A stretch of 64,000 nucleotides of DNA, taken from NCBI GenBank assembly GCA_026770705.1, contig JANJGN010000007.1, positions 143,530,001 through 143,594,000 on the forward strand, written 5' to 3'. Below are positions 11,050 through 23,599 of this stretch, piece after piece. Numbering within the stretch: position 1 is the first letter of the stretch; every line of letters begins with the position of its first letter. Under the pieces are notes generated by a model that saw only the letters and a list, made by a program, of their open reading frames with translations, searched no databases and had not been told where the DNA came from. Both the position numbers and the translations under genes were made by a program. The stretch is from Isurus oxyrinchus (taxonomy: Eukaryota).

Positions 11050-13563
11050 ACAGCAAACCTGGCAGCATGTCTTATGGAAGGCTGCTGACTTTCAGTGAGG
11101 GAGACTGCATATGGCCTTGCATGAGAGCCTTGACCAGCTCTGACCCCAGAAGGCCAGGCTGCAGACTGCAGCACCTCAGCACCGGTGACAGCAGTTTGGG
11201 TTGGCTGACAGGCAACAGCAAGGGCATTGACAGAGTGGCAGCAGTAGGTGGATGAATGCTGTAATTCTGAGAGACAACGGCAGTTTTGTGTCCAAGGTAT
11301 CACTGCCACTCCTCTGGGGCGGTGCCCCAGCAATCCTCATAATTTTTTGGTGGACAACTAGCTGGAATGCTATGAGAGCCTGAAAGCCCCTTTGAACACC
11401 ATAAGCCACAGCAATGATGGCAGCAGTCTGAGCCTGCATGACAGTAATTTAAGCTTGCATTATTTTAACCTGAGTCCATTGAAGCACCCAAACGTTTATT
11501 GAATTTTGCTTATGCTGCAATGCAAGTTGGGACAATGGTCATCAAAAATTTCCTCCTGGTTGATTCCATGGATTTGGCCACCAGTTCCGCACTGGAGATA
11601 ATGGGCTCCAGGCCCTGCACAAAGCCTTGCGCCAAATTGGTGCTGGACTCCTTCAACCTTTTTGACAGTGACTGCAGGTTTTCCAACAGGCCTGCCAATG
11701 TACCACACATTTTGTTGCGCATCAGTCTTCTTCTGTAGGTTACCCCATCAAAGTGCTCATCTGAATCCATAGCAACAGCGCTTCTGTGCAACCTCGCTGT
11801 CTGGCAAGATGCATTTGTACCGCCCTTGTCTCCTGTCCTGGTTGCAATCCACTTGCGCTGGAGTCTCACCACATGCATAGAAATATAGAAGCGTAGAAAA
11901 TCTATGGCACAGGAGGGTGCCATTCAGACTATTGCATCTGTGCCAGCCAAAAAAGAGCTATTCAGCTTAAACCTACATTGCAGCTCCTGGCTCTGTGGGT
12001 TTTGGAACTTCAATTGTACATCCAAGTAATTTTTAAATGCAACAAGGATTTCTGTCTTTACTACCCTTTCAATCAGTGAGTTCCAGACCTCAACACCCTC
12101 TGGGTAAAAGTATTTCTCCTCAACTCCCTCTAATTCTTCTGCCAATTAGTTTATATCTATGGCCCTTGGTTATTGGCCTCTCTGCTATAGAAAATAAATC
12201 CTTACTATCCACTCTATTAAGGCCCCTCATAATCTTATAGCCTACACTGTTCCAAAGCAAACAACGATAGCCTGTCGTATCTTCCCTCATAACTAAAATT
12301 CTCAATTTCTGGCACCATCCTCATAAATCTCCTCTGTACCCTCTCATCCTTCCTTTAATGGGATGACCAGAACTGTATACAGTACTGTAGCTGCATTCTA
12401 ATTAGTGTTTTAGACAGTTCTAGCAAAACCTCCCTTCTCACATATTCTATGGCTTGGTTAATAAAATAAAATATCCTGTATGCCTTTTAGCCACCTTACC
12501 TACCTGTCCCACTACCTTCAAGGGTCTGTGGACATTCACTCCAAGGTATCTCTGTTTCTCTACACTTCTCAGTATCCTACCCATTATTGCATATTCCCTT
12601 GACTTGTTTTCCCTCCCAAAACATATTACCTCACATTTCTCCAGATTAAATTCCATTTGTCACGTTTCTGCCCACCTGACCTGTACATTGATAGATGCAG
12701 AGTTATTCTCTAAAGTATGATCACTCTCAGTCTCCGAGCTGGTAGCTGCTAGTGTAGGGCTGAGTGGGTTTTTTTGTCATCACTGTCTTTCTGTTCTTCC
12801 ATCTTTTTTCTTTTCCACCACTGCCTGGCCAGTTTGCCTGGGTATCCGAAAGAAGAAATGTGCAATGGTAGAGTTGTGATGAGGGAAGGTGGGCAAAGCA
12901 AGAGGTACAGACTTACAGAAACTGTAACTTATAAATGAGAAGTCACTATGCGATGAGAAAGAAGTGAGGTGTGAGAAGATGGGTTAGGTTTGAGGATAAC
13001 ATCACCTTCTGTGCTTCCAGGTCCACTGCAGGCCACAGTTTTAGTCATGGCTGCTCCAATGATAGCGAGCACCATCTCCTTTATAAGGTTAAGGGCATGT
13101 AACTGTACCTGCTCCCTGCTGTTTCTGGTTATGTGCCATCTTGATCTGCAGGAGAGGGGGATGTATATCAGTGAGTGTGACACAATATGTTTGGGTGATG
13201 TGAATGTCATGGTTGAATAGCTGGCAGTAAGTGCATGTTTTGAGATGTGGATGTGACATTTGCAGCAGTGTTAAGAGAATGCAGGTGAGGTGAAGCTACG
13301 AATTTTATGTATCAGGAGTGGTTAATAAAGATTGTTGATAAATGAGTGATGAGGGTGTCAAACTTGGAGCAGTGTGTGAGGCTAATGGCGCAGAAGGTGG
13401 AATTTGGCATTCTGTGATAGCTATGTGCTACCTCTGTGTTATTTGTCAGGAGGGCCTCCTGGCCTTCTGTGGTCAGAGGACCGCTCTCCTGTCCACTTCT
13501 TGCACCAAAATGTACAGCACAACATCAGAGAATCTTGTAGCTGCACTCTGCCCTTTGTGCCAT
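11050..13563 (-). pseudogene. Harbinger Myb/SANT-like accessory gene remnant (multi-exon, split by a CR1 insertion)
   Basis: ATG at 13563, then ATRFSDVVLYILVQEVDRRAVL*PQKARRPS. An internal exon follows ctgcag at ~13146 (KMAHNQ..QVQLHALNLIKEMVLAIIG). Coiled-coil-like part in ORF 11510-11923 is similar to ORF 27684-27947. Confidence 0.7.
11925..12690 (-). mobile_element. 5'-truncated CR1 LINE nested in the Harbinger element
   Basis: MEFNLEKCEVICFGRENKSREY..RSVEKQRYLGVNVHRPLKV, YKIMRGLNRVDSKDLF..TKGHRYKLIGRR and VEVWNSL match the CR1 ORF2 C-terminus. Confidence 0.92.
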
Positions 13564-13799
13564 AATTCAGTGTTCTTTCTCAGATTCTATCCTGCAACCA
13601 GTTCCAGCATCTGCTTCAGGCCGGATGCAAGCTGGCTTTAAATAGCACAGGCTAGCTTTAAGTGGTACTAGGCCCTCTCTTGTTTTCAGCCCCTGTCCAA
13701 TTTCTCAGCTATTAGCTCTGATTTTGAGGATGCAGGTAATGGGTGAGCAAGAAACCAGGTGAGTGCCAAATCCCCCTAAACTTGACAGCATGAAGCCCA

Positions 13800-14340
13800 G
13801 ATTTAATTGAAATTCTGCCAGTCAGCTGCCTGCCCAAGATGCAGGATTTCAGGCAGCAGGATGCTATTGGCCAGCAGTGCAGGAATAGTGGGCAGCAACA
13901 AGGTAAATTGCAGTGTTTGGGGGGTGGGGGGAAGGGGGGATGCTGAGGAAGAGGGAGCCCATTGTAGGGGAACTAAAACTTTCCTTGTTGCTCCTGGTGG
14001 AGCACTGCTATTCTTCCGACCCCATTAAGAAGGTGAAAGGACAGTTAAAGATAAATAGGCCTGTTTTGGGTTTGTTCCAGCCCTTCATCGTCTTCTCACT
14101 GTCTTCATCTGCTGGAAAAGTTCTTCTGATCAGTCCTCCAGTTAAAAATGCCATCAAGTCACGATGTGTTATCATAACAAAATCAAAATATTTAAAGAAG
14201 GACTATACTTGCTCCAGGTCTTTGCCACCTGCTCAAGAGAACAGATTAAAATTTCAAAAGGTGGGATTGATGCGGGTAAGTCACACTGCAATTTTAACTG
14301 CCAGCCAATAGGGCAGCTGAATGGGATAAAAATCACTTTA
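13800..14340. mobile_element. Degenerate MITE-like element
   Basis: GC-richer island bounded by gaaattc... and ...aaaatc-type ends, similar in style to other non-autonomous elements here. No coding signal. Confidence 0.3.
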
Positions 14341-14774
14341 CTAAGTTATTTATGTCTCCAAAATTCATAACGGGCCATACACAAAGATTTGAGCTGATAG
14401 TTTAGGATGTCATCTGAACTATGTAACGAGGTTATTATCATGTAATTACCCCGATATCTAGTCTCTCTATTTCAAGTCTGAGTGTAAAGACTGTGGGTTA
14501 CATTTTTAATGTGCAACATGTGTTTGATGAAAGAAATCACTATCTATGCTTTATACATTGTACCATTGTAAATAACTGGGATGTGAAATGTTAAAATATT
14601 TTGGTTAAAAGTGATTTTTGCTAACATTAATTATGCTTGTTGGAATGCATTGAATATTTCATGAAAATTGTGAATATGGATGTTTTTTCATTCATGACGG
14701 AGTGCTGACTTGCTCACTTGTAACTTTGTGATTTGGCAGATAAACATTAATAGGGGAGCTCCTGGTATCTATCA

Positions 14775-15032
14775 TCAAGACTGAGCATTTGGACATGTAG
14801 CAGCTGATCAAAGAAAGTCAATATAACTTTGTGAAGACTAAGTCATGTTTGACTAATCTGGTTAAATTTTTGAACAGCTCACTAATAAGTCGGATAGGGG
14901 AAAGTTTTGTTTTCTAAATGGACTTCCAGAAGTCACTTGATAAGGTTCTGCAAAAGATTATTAGCAAAAATAAAAGTGCATGAAATGAAGGTAATATTAG
15001 GGCACAGATTGAAAATTGATTAGAAGGTAGGA
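14775..15032 (+). mobile_element. CR1 LINE internal RT fragment
   Basis: Translates to LIKESQYNFVKTKSCLTNLVKF...MDFQKSLDKV...GNIRAQIEN*LEGR (RT N-terminal motifs). Confidence 0.85.
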
Positions 15033-15034
15033 GC

Positions 15035-15455
15035 CTTACAGAGAGTTGGCTGAAATGGATGGGTCCCATCACTGGGGAGGTTATCAGGTTTGCTTGCTGC
15101 GCTTGGGGAAGCATTCCCACTTCTCACCCACAAGGAGTACGGTAAAAAATACTTGCCTTCTTGAGGCAGCAGCTGCTGCCTTTTCTTTACTGCCAGGATT
15201 CCCGAGTCCTGGGAACTGCTAATTTTAAAATTGTGCTTGGTGACTTGATTTAAATATGTTAATGAAGTTCCTCACCTCTTCATAATGGGACACTTGGATG
15301 GTACGCTACCCAGTGCAGTAAAGAATGGAAACAGGCGCATATGTGCAGAGCTGGGGACATGTTCCCAGATTTAAATTTTTAACTTTAGTCTCTCCTGCCC
15401 ATCATTTGGGGTGGTTGGGGGGTGGGTTGGGAGCAGGGGGGTAATACCGAGGCCC
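15035..15455. mobile_element. Right-hand part of a MITE-like element related to 1110-1840
   Basis: Shares cacaag.agt..gtaaa, ttt.ctgc..g.att.cc, tttaaa..tttaact and a ggggg.taa.a...gccc end with 1530-1840. Confidence 0.35.
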
Positions 15456-15749
15456 TGGTGTCTCTAAGCTAGTAACAATGAATTCTCAATAAGTGAACTG
15501 AATAAAAGTTTCACAAACTCATCATGTGAGCTTTGTGCTCTGAGTTTTGTCTTCATTTCAATTCTGCTACCTGCGAGTTGTCAATGAGAGTGCCTAAATT
15601 CTCCACAACTGAGCTCAGCACTTTTGTAATTGTTCTTGAACAATTGAGCAAGATAACCTTTCCTTCTTTTTAATTAAATCAGTCATTATAGCTTTGGTCC
15701 TTTCAAAAATCATCAAATTTACTGCAACTAAAACAAGCTCCATTCAGAC

Positions 15750-16420
15750 AGCATACTTAACATAGGAAGGTATCCCTGGGGAGTTCACAGTGATATAATA
15801 GGACAAAAATGGACACTAAGGTTAAGGGAGCATTAGGAGGGGTGACCAAAACTTAGACAAAAAGTATGGTTTTAAGGCGACCCTTAAAAGAAGAGAGGGA
15901 AGTATAGAGGCAAAAGTGTTTAGGAAGGGAATTCCAGAATGTGGCACCTAGGCAGCTGAAGGCAAGGCCACTAATAGTGGGGCAAGTTGTTGGGGGAGGG
16001 GGATGCACAAGAATGCTAACAGCCAGAGCAACGGAGAATTCAGGGGCAAGTTGTGGAGTTGTAGCAAGTTACAGAGTTGAGGAGTACCTTCACCACATGG
16101 ACTGCAACACTTCTAGAAGAAAGCTTACAACCATTTGCTTGAGGACAATTAGGGATGGGTAATACATTTCATTTTTGGCAGTGACACCTAGACCTTTGAA
16201 ATATATGATTTAAGTATGAGGATGATGATTATAAACCAAGCTTTTGGGGACCAGAAGCAAATGTAGGTGAGCGAGACTGGGGGGGTGATGGATAAGCAGG
16301 ATTTTGTGTGGGATATGATATAGGCAGCAGAGTTTTGGATGAGCTGAATTTTTACAGAGGCTGAAGAATTGGAGACTGGCCAAGAGAGCAATGGATAATC
16401 AAGTCTAGAGATGGCCTTTG
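15750..16420 (-). mobile_element. L2 LINE 3' fragment
   Basis: ORF 16188-16460: ISRLDY...KIQLIQNSAAYIISHTKSCLSITP, an L2 ORF2 C-terminal signature. Continues with AFSCLGATFWNSLPK at 15965-15920. Confidence 0.85.
16080..16168 (+). mobile_element. Short LINE 3' tail nested in the L2 fragment
   Basis: ggagtaccttcaccacatggactgcaacac...gaggacaattagggatgggtaata is the reverse-complement counterpart of bases 1-95. Confidence 0.7.
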
Positions 16421-16860
16421 GCATACTGCTAGCACTAATGATTCCGAGATAGAAGATCATATAGGTTCAAGTCCTACTGCAGAACATGGGTATACAACCT
16501 AAGCTGCTAATTCAGTGCAACTGTGAGGGAGTACAACATTGCTGAAGGTGCCTTCCAGCAGGTGAGAGATTAAAGTGAGGCTCTGTCCACCTACTCAGGT
16601 AGACATAAAAGGTCCCATGGTTCAATTTCAATAACAGCAAGGAGGTTTCTTCTAATGTGCTGAATAGCATTTGTCCCCCAACTATTGCCACCAGAACAGG
16701 TAAATGGTTTATCACATGCCTTTGTGGGATCTTTCTATGCACAAAATAATTGTCACATTTGCTGCAAAACAACACTTCAAAAGTAATTCATTGACTATCT
16801 ATCTCTTTAGAACACCCTGAGGAGCTGAGAGGTGTATTACGCATACAATTTTTTCTTTCC
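16420..16860 (+). mobile_element. tRNA-derived DeuSINE (SacSINE1-like)
   Basis: B-box ggttcaagtcc, Deu-domain-like core (cagtgca..gagggag..ggtgcc..tgaga..ttaaa..gaggc..ctcaggt.gacataaaa..tcccatgg), and an L2-like 3' tail. Paralogous to 35822-36213. Confidence 0.8.
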
Positions 16861-18649
16861 TGTCTTTTAACTATTTCCCTCTTCAGTGTATGTCAATGAG
16901 CAGAAGTGCCTCTTATTCTGTCTCTCATGAATAGGTGATTGCAGTCGCAAAGCTTATCTTTTGAGTTTTGTGCTATCTTAATCTATCCTAATACTGTGAG
17001 TATCTTTCACAATAGGCACAACTGGATCGATGTGAGGGATTGTTTGAATTGTTCTTGATTTTGATTGTACCTGAATGTTCCAGTGATTGTAATTTATTAC
17101 ACTTCTAATTTGTTACTTATAGTTGCATTCTGCAATGCATTTGTATTGGCTAATAACATTGTATTTTTAACTGCTTCTTTTATGTTATTAAAATCATTCC
17201 AGGTATAAAAACCATGTTCATATTCATATTTCAAACTGATATCATCAATGTTAAAAACATACTTTGTAAATGTTACACTGAAACATCACTTTGGATATGA
17301 ATTCCGTAGCATTAGCATAAACATATGGTGTATTTGTTGATGTGTTAAATATCGTTTTGAAATTTAGCATAATTAAATAAATGCAAAACAACAGTTAATT
17401 GCACTTAAATAATAAAATGATAAGATCTCTGTTCTGTTCCGTCTCCCTCCCTCTCCTGCTGTTTTATTTGTCTTTGTCCAATTCGTGTCTTCTTTTTGTG
17501 TGCATGTCTCTATCTCTTACTCATTCTCTCTGTATTTCGGTGTCTCAAATCAACATTATCTGCTTGCATTTATTATGGTGATCCCAGAGTCACTGGCAAA
17601 AATTGAAGAACACACTCCTTGCATTGTTATAATATGTTATGTTCCTTCAGATGCTGGCTAGGCGCACAGCCAACTGTAGAGAAAGATGTAAATATATTTT
17701 CACTTCCCTGAACAATGAGCTGTGCACAATCTTGGCAACATTTTCCTCAATTTCTAATGATGGTTCTTTTGTGCTTTGCCATTATATGGTTGTTTTCCAC
17801 AAATGCATTATAGAACATAATGATCTATTTCAGGCTGTTGGGGGAAAGATGAAAATGGATAAATTAGAGCCAGGCACAGTGAAATGTGTTTGGGGAGTTC
17901 AACAAAATGTGCATAAGATGGACAGACTTGGGAAAGGTGAGTTTAGACTGGCTCCAATGTGTCAAGATGATGAAAAAGACTGAAATGGATGAATACAGAA
18001 ATTCCATTCAAGTTACCACCTAGGATAGGACTCTTGCTGGGCAAAAACAAAAATGTGAAATTTAGCAGAGATTAAAAAGCATCATGCTGAAAACTGAATC
18101 AATGAGTGGGACTTTCCATGCCCACTGGTGTCGGGCGAGCTTGGCATCGAGGGGACGATATGGCGAGAAGGCCAGAAATCAGTTCTGTGACGTCATGAAA
18201 CCAGTTTGTGATTGCCCGCTCAGCCCATTGATGGTGAGCTGTGGTCCTGCCATCAGACGTCAGGAACCTCATTGTAATACATCTGCATATCATTATAAGG
18301 CCAGCCCACTGGAATCATTCCCCCATGCTGGATCACTGCCCACGTTGACATGAGTGTATGTCAGTGCAGAACACGTCTTGATAAGTATGATGTACAGAAG
18401 TCAGGACTTACAGCCAGGGCCTTGCTCACATCATGGACATCAGAGGAGCAAAAGATGCTGGAGCCCAACAGCAATGGCACTCTGGAAGAACATCCATGGC
18501 ATGCTGTATGGATTCTCATGAACATGTCTCTGCAGTGAAGCAGCTCACAGAAGTTAGAAAGTGACCGTTGAGGGTCTGCTCACGATGGATGGTGGTCGAG
18601 TGGTGGAGAAGAAGGCCCAGCTGTGTTTGAGAGATGAGATGTACCAGGG

Positions 18650-19670
18650 GTGGGGATGGGAGAGGAAAGTCTAGAATCGACAGGAAGAAGAGATGTCAGG
18701 ATGGGATGAGGTTGGAGGGCGGAATGAAGGTGTGAGGATGGGGTGAGGCTGGGAGGGGGTAATAAAGGTGTCAGGATGGGGTGAGGTTGGGAGGGGGGGA
18801 ATGAAGGTGCCGGGGAGAGGTTGGAAGGGGGGAGGGAGTATGGGGGGGGGAGGGGGTAACAGGGGAGGAGATGACAACTGGGGAGATAGGTGTAAAGCGG
18901 GGTGGAAGGTGTAAAAGAAGGAGTTCTGATGGGGAAGGAGTGCAGAGAGGGGAGGTAGTCCGGGGGGAGGAAGGAGTGCGGAGCGCGGAGGGAGTAAAGC
19001 TGGAGGAAGAAGTAAGGGTGGAGGAAGGAGTTGGGAAGGGGAAGGACGAAGCATGGAGAAAGAAGTAAGGCTGGAGGAAAGGGTCAATGAGGGGGGAGGC
19101 CTAAGGATGGCGGAAGAAGGGTGTCTGAAGGAGTCAGGAAGGGGGAAGGATTAAGTGGGGGTGAAGTCCAGGGGAGGCAGGTCCAAGGGGGAGGACATCT
19201 TGGCCCAGAGGGGATGGGATCCAAGCGGGGAATGGGTTCCAAGTGGAGAAGGAGGAGGAGTAGTCCAGGAGAATGTGCTCGGGTGGGCCCTGATGAGTCC
19301 ATGACTACCTCCTGGGGAGTGAACTGAGGGTGAGCGTGGAAAGAGAATGGTGAGAATGACTAAGGGCAGAGTGAGGCACTATGTTGGGAGACTGAGGGTT
19401 CAACAGTAGCGGTAAAAGGGACAACAAGGGTTCGTGGGGACACAGAGGCAGACACACACCCTATGGGTAGGAATGAAGAGGTCGGGGAGGTGAATGTCGA
19501 TGGGGGTAGTATTTTTGGGAAGGAAGGGAACGTGCACTTTGCCCTGGATATCCCCTAAGGGAAAGGGCTGTGCCTGGAAGGACACAGAGGGGAGGTGGAA
19601 GGTGATGCCAGGGGGTCAACAGTAATGGGGGAAAGAAAATTGGTGACTGGGGGAGGGGAAAAGATGGGGC
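18650..19670 (+). repeat. G/purine-rich low-complexity tract with short tandem arrays
   Basis: Three 37-39 bp units at 18695-18808 (GT(C/G)AGGATGGG(A/G)TGAGG(T/C)TGG..AATGAAGGT) and ~18-bp GGAGGAAG(G/A)AGT.. units at 18930-19080. Many GGG runs. Confidence 0.8.
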
Positions 19671-19949
19671 TGCACATGAAAATCTGAATCACAACCATGC
19701 TGCCTAAATCGAAAGTGAAATGACAGTCGTGGTGGGCAAGATCAGGTGCTGCATGGGAGTGTGATCATTGGGTGGGCAGAGATACAGGTCAGCTCAGATA
19801 GACAACTGAAAGCGAACCCCAGGAGGCAGCAGTGAAAATGCTGAGGACAGTGAGATTAGTGTGATATGGGAAGGATCCATGTGTGTGTGAGAGCGCTCGC
19901 ACGGGGCTCCGAAAGGCCCTGCCACACACTTACATCTTCCTCCAGATTC

Positions 19950-21474
19950 ACTCAATGGCTACCTCTGTGGTGACAGAGGATGAGGTTGAGGGGGTCACAG
20001 GCAAAGAGGACTCGGAGGGAGAGGACAGGCTTTGAGATTCCTGAGTGGATAATCCAGGGTGTCCAGCTGCTGCTCCTTCCTTTGAGTGCCCGGGGGCTCC
20101 GACCTGACTCCTTGAGGGGAAGTCAAAGTTCCCTGTTTCCCTCTCACATTGCCACTGCAGGAACTCACCCATGGCTCCTGCAATGGAGTGCAGGTCTGCA
20201 CATATCTCCGCATTCTGCTGGACCAGGTTGGCATCCGCTATCCTTCCCATGGAAACCTCCATATGTGCACATGTGGGCACCACTTCATCAGAGAGCAGGC
20301 GGCACACTTCTCTGATCTGCGTATCACTCTGTTGAGAGCTTCCAACAGCTCTGTGTGATGTTCCCCTGCCTTCTGTTGACTCTCCAGGATGAGCTGACAG
20401 GCCAAATCCATAGGCTCATCCTTTGACTCGGACTTCAAAGATGCCTGTTCCCCAGCAATCCTCCAAGTGCCAGGAAGTTTGGCTGAACCTACCTCCTCCT
20501 GCTGCGGCTATGTGTCCGTGCGGTGACCACCAGATTGTGAACCTGACCCTGCTCTAGATCTAGGTCCCACCGAGGTCTGTGTCTTTGTGCTAGTGGAGGA
20601 TGTGGGTAAGCGCTGTGAAGGGTCTTCCAGGCTGCTTATTTCCAGCTTTCCAATGGAGGAGGAGTCCTCTTGGTTAGAGGTGAGGACCTGGATGGAGCTG
20701 AGGGACTGGCTGGCTACTTGTCAGCTACTTGGCAGAACTCCCTGTGAACCAAAGTAGAGATAATTAGTGTATGTCAGCAGAGTCAAAAGCAGGAGAGAGA
20801 GCACTCACAGTTGTGTTGAGAGAGGGATGAGGTGGTGCAGGATCCTCAAGGGGATGTTCACTGCCGACATCACCTTCACCACAGGCACGATCCATGTTCT
20901 CACCAGTCAGTGCGATGGCACACTCCTCAAAGTGAGTGAGGGACCTAATGTGGGCCACTCCACCCCTGGTCTGGGACCTCTCCCTGCTGTTGTCAGCAAG
21001 CTTCTCCTGTATGGATACAGATGGCGAGAGTGTGAGGCACTGCATGGAATGTTTGTGTGGTGAGCAGATCCATGGACAGGATGAGGACGTAGCTCAAGAG
21101 GGTATAAGCCTGATGGAGATGTGAGGGTGCACGTGAGAGTTAGTGGTGTTGTCCCTTGAGGTGTGAGATCCCTGTGGACATGTGATGGGTTTTTGAGTGT
21201 GTGAGTTGAGATTGATGAGAAGAGTGAGTTACCCTGGCGGAACATTTGAGAGCTTTCATCCTGTAGTGGCTTTGGGTGGCTGTCCTCTTTTGCAGGGCAT
21301 TGGCGCTAACCTCTGCTGCCACCACCTCCCATGCTGGATTGGTGATGCAGCTGCCCATCCTGGGGCCAGAGTAAGGGTAGAGGGCACCACGGCGGCCTCC
21401 ACGGCATTCAAAAGGTGCTCGAGGGCTGAGTCACTGAAGCTGGGGGCTGCAGTCATTGTGCCTTTCGGGGCCAT
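19950..21474 (-). pseudogene. Harbinger Myb/SANT-like gene remnant, three exons recognisable
   Basis: Exon 1 MAPKG..AAPSFSDSALEHLLNAVEA../ITNPAWEVVAAEVSANALQKRTATQ..RM..SAR ends at the donor AGG|GTAACT (GT 21232-21231). Exon 2 follows TACAG| at 21006 (EKLADNSRERSQTRGGVAHIRSLTHFEE). Exon 3 follows TTCACAG| at 20741. Confidence 0.82.
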
Positions 21475-23160
21475 CCTGTCTTCCATGCAGCAGTCCTGAG
21501 CTGGAAGCACTGAGAGGCATGCGTGTGGCTGCACTTTAAGTATGGTGACCAGCGTAATGAAGTGGGGAGGTGATGGTGTGGTGGGTGAATGAGAGCTCAC
21601 TTGCCGCCAAAACGGAGTGTTTCCCGGGAATGCATAATTAATGCAGCGGGTTTGAGACAATGTGGCGTGAGGAGCCGCCATTGCGACAACAGGTAAAACA
21701 TCGTTCTACCCCCCCGCTACATCACTTAGTGCAAGTCTGGGATGATTCCGCCCAATATCTTCTATAAAACAAAACGTTGATAGTGTACGGTGCTTGATGT
21801 CTGACAGTGACAGAACTAGGGTTCAGTTGACAGTGAGTGAGCATGAAACTGCACACACTTGCAGCAAATCTTAAAGCCTAAAGAGAGGTAACAGGTGTTC
21901 TTGGGAGCAATGGGAGCAAACTGACCATGTTAGCAGACTTCAAAATAATTTTGAAGAATTTGGAGAACATGACCCTGCACCCCGACCAAACCATCCCCCC
22001 CTACGCACCCTGCACCCCAACCCCTATCCCTCCACTACGTCTGCCACGGATGTATTTAGAACACTTTGAGAAATGTGTAATCTACTATTACAGATATTGT
22101 AAGATTGGAAGTAACTTCTTGACAGTTTATTCCTCTCCTTTCATCACAGCTGCAAAAGCTTAGGGATATCTTTGTCTCCTGCTCATTATCATGAAAATGC
22201 TCGATCCTGCTCGTGTTCACCTTATGCCCATCAATGGTCTTAAAGCACTTGCTGTACCCTCAAAATGCCAGGACAAGAAGGAGCCACCCTGGGTTCCGAT
22301 CAGGATATATAATGCAAGTAAATCCAATTCATGTTTCAGAGGGAGTATAAAGGGCTCAGAAATCTAATTTATCCCTTTGCCTACAAAAGCTGACTATAGA
22401 GGACATGACTCGCTTTTGAGCTCCCTCTGGATTTTGAACGGGCTCATCACACTCATGGTAATAAACTCCAGCTGGTTGAGTGATCCAGATTAATAATCAT
22501 TGCAACATCTTTGAGGTTCCAGCAGTAGGGAGAAATCCAGAGGATAATAAAAGAGAATGCCATTAGTTTGGATTTGGGCACTGTTTTCTCTAATGCATCA
22601 ATAGAGTTTCCTTTCAAGCAGAAGGATTTTGATGTAGCGAAGAGGACATGTCCACACTTCCTTACTGGGATGTATTTATTGTTAATGTCTTTTTATTCAG
22701 GTTTTATTGAGAATTGCCTAGGGTTTTCTTGGATCATAAAATTAGTGCATGGGTATGAAATCTAATCACCAAACCAATGACTACTTATTAAAATACAATA
22801 CTGCAGATGCTGGAAATCTGAAATTAAAACATAAGATGCTGAAAATACTCAGCATGTCAGACAGAATCTGTGGAGGGAGTTAACTTCTTTGGTCAATGGC
22901 TGTTTATTAGAACTGGAGAGTGGAGGATGTTTTAAGCAAGTATAGAGCCAGTGAAAGGGGGACAGGAAGAAATAGAAGAATTAAAGGGAAGGTCAGTGAT
23001 AGGGTGGAAGGCAGGAATGAATAAATGACAAAAGGGCTGATAGTACAAGGCAAAAATGGATGGGAGTGGGACAAGTAAAGAAACAAAAGATATGTCTAGA
23101 GGAGCTATAAATGGCAATAGCAGAACTATTACCTCCTGTCTAAAAGAATAGGGCAAGAGG

Positions 23161-23374
23161 TTATGATCTGAAATTGTTAAACTTAATTTTGAGTCCTTGA
23201 ACTTCTCTTGAGGTTCATTGGAACAGTATAAGAAGGCAAGGACAGAAAGGTCTAAGTGGAAGTGGGCGGAGAATTAAAATAATAAGTGACAGGAAGATAA
23301 GGGTCATGCTTGTGGACTGAACAGAGGTGTTCAGCAAAACGATCACCCAATCTGTGTTTCGTCTTCCCAATGTA
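23161..23374 (-). pseudogene. Penelope GIY-YIG endonuclease C-terminal remnant
   Basis: Minus strand reads YIGKTKHRLGDRFAEHLCSVHKHDPYLPVTYYFNSPP...DLSVLA..YCSNEPQ...GLKIKFNNFRS* (TAA at 23163-23161). Confidence 0.88.
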
Positions 23375-23562
23375 AAAGGCATCTTTTGCTTCTTAATTTG
23401 CCCCATTACAACCATCCTTTGCTGTGCACTATTATCCATTTTATCATTCAAATCTCCCTGATTTTCCACCGTATTACAAACCTTCCTTTACGTCCTCTCT
23501 TACCCTCTCCACTTTTCTTGCCTCTGTATTTTCTTAAAACCTGTACACGTGTAATATTTTTC

Positions 23563-23599
23563 AGTTCTGGTGAAGGGTCATTGAACTGAAATATTAAAT
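23563..23599 (+). ncRNA. Degenerate minimal type I hammerhead ribozyme motif in the Penelope terminal repeat
   Basis: AGTT-CTGGTGA-A-GGGTCATTGAACT-GAAA-TA-TT-AAAT. Core position A6 is changed to G. Confidence 0.5.

Larger units (their letters stand above)
9250..13800. mobile_element. Decayed autonomous-type PIF/Harbinger transposon (convergent transposase and Myb/SANT genes)
   Basis: Transposase remnants on + (9835-10650) and Myb-like gene remnants on - (13563 to ~11050). Ends approximate. Confidence 0.8.
18104..21753. mobile_element. PIF/Harbinger transposon with both ends and an exact 3-bp TSD
   Basis: AAT|GAGTGGGACTTTCC ... GGGATGATTCCGCCC|AAT. Carries a Myb/SANT gene remnant on the minus strand. 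No transposase recognised. Confidence 0.85.

Noticed and set aside
18671-19327. Pro-rich and Gly/Glu-rich ORFs
   Set aside because: By-products of G/C-skewed low-complexity sequence with few stop codons.
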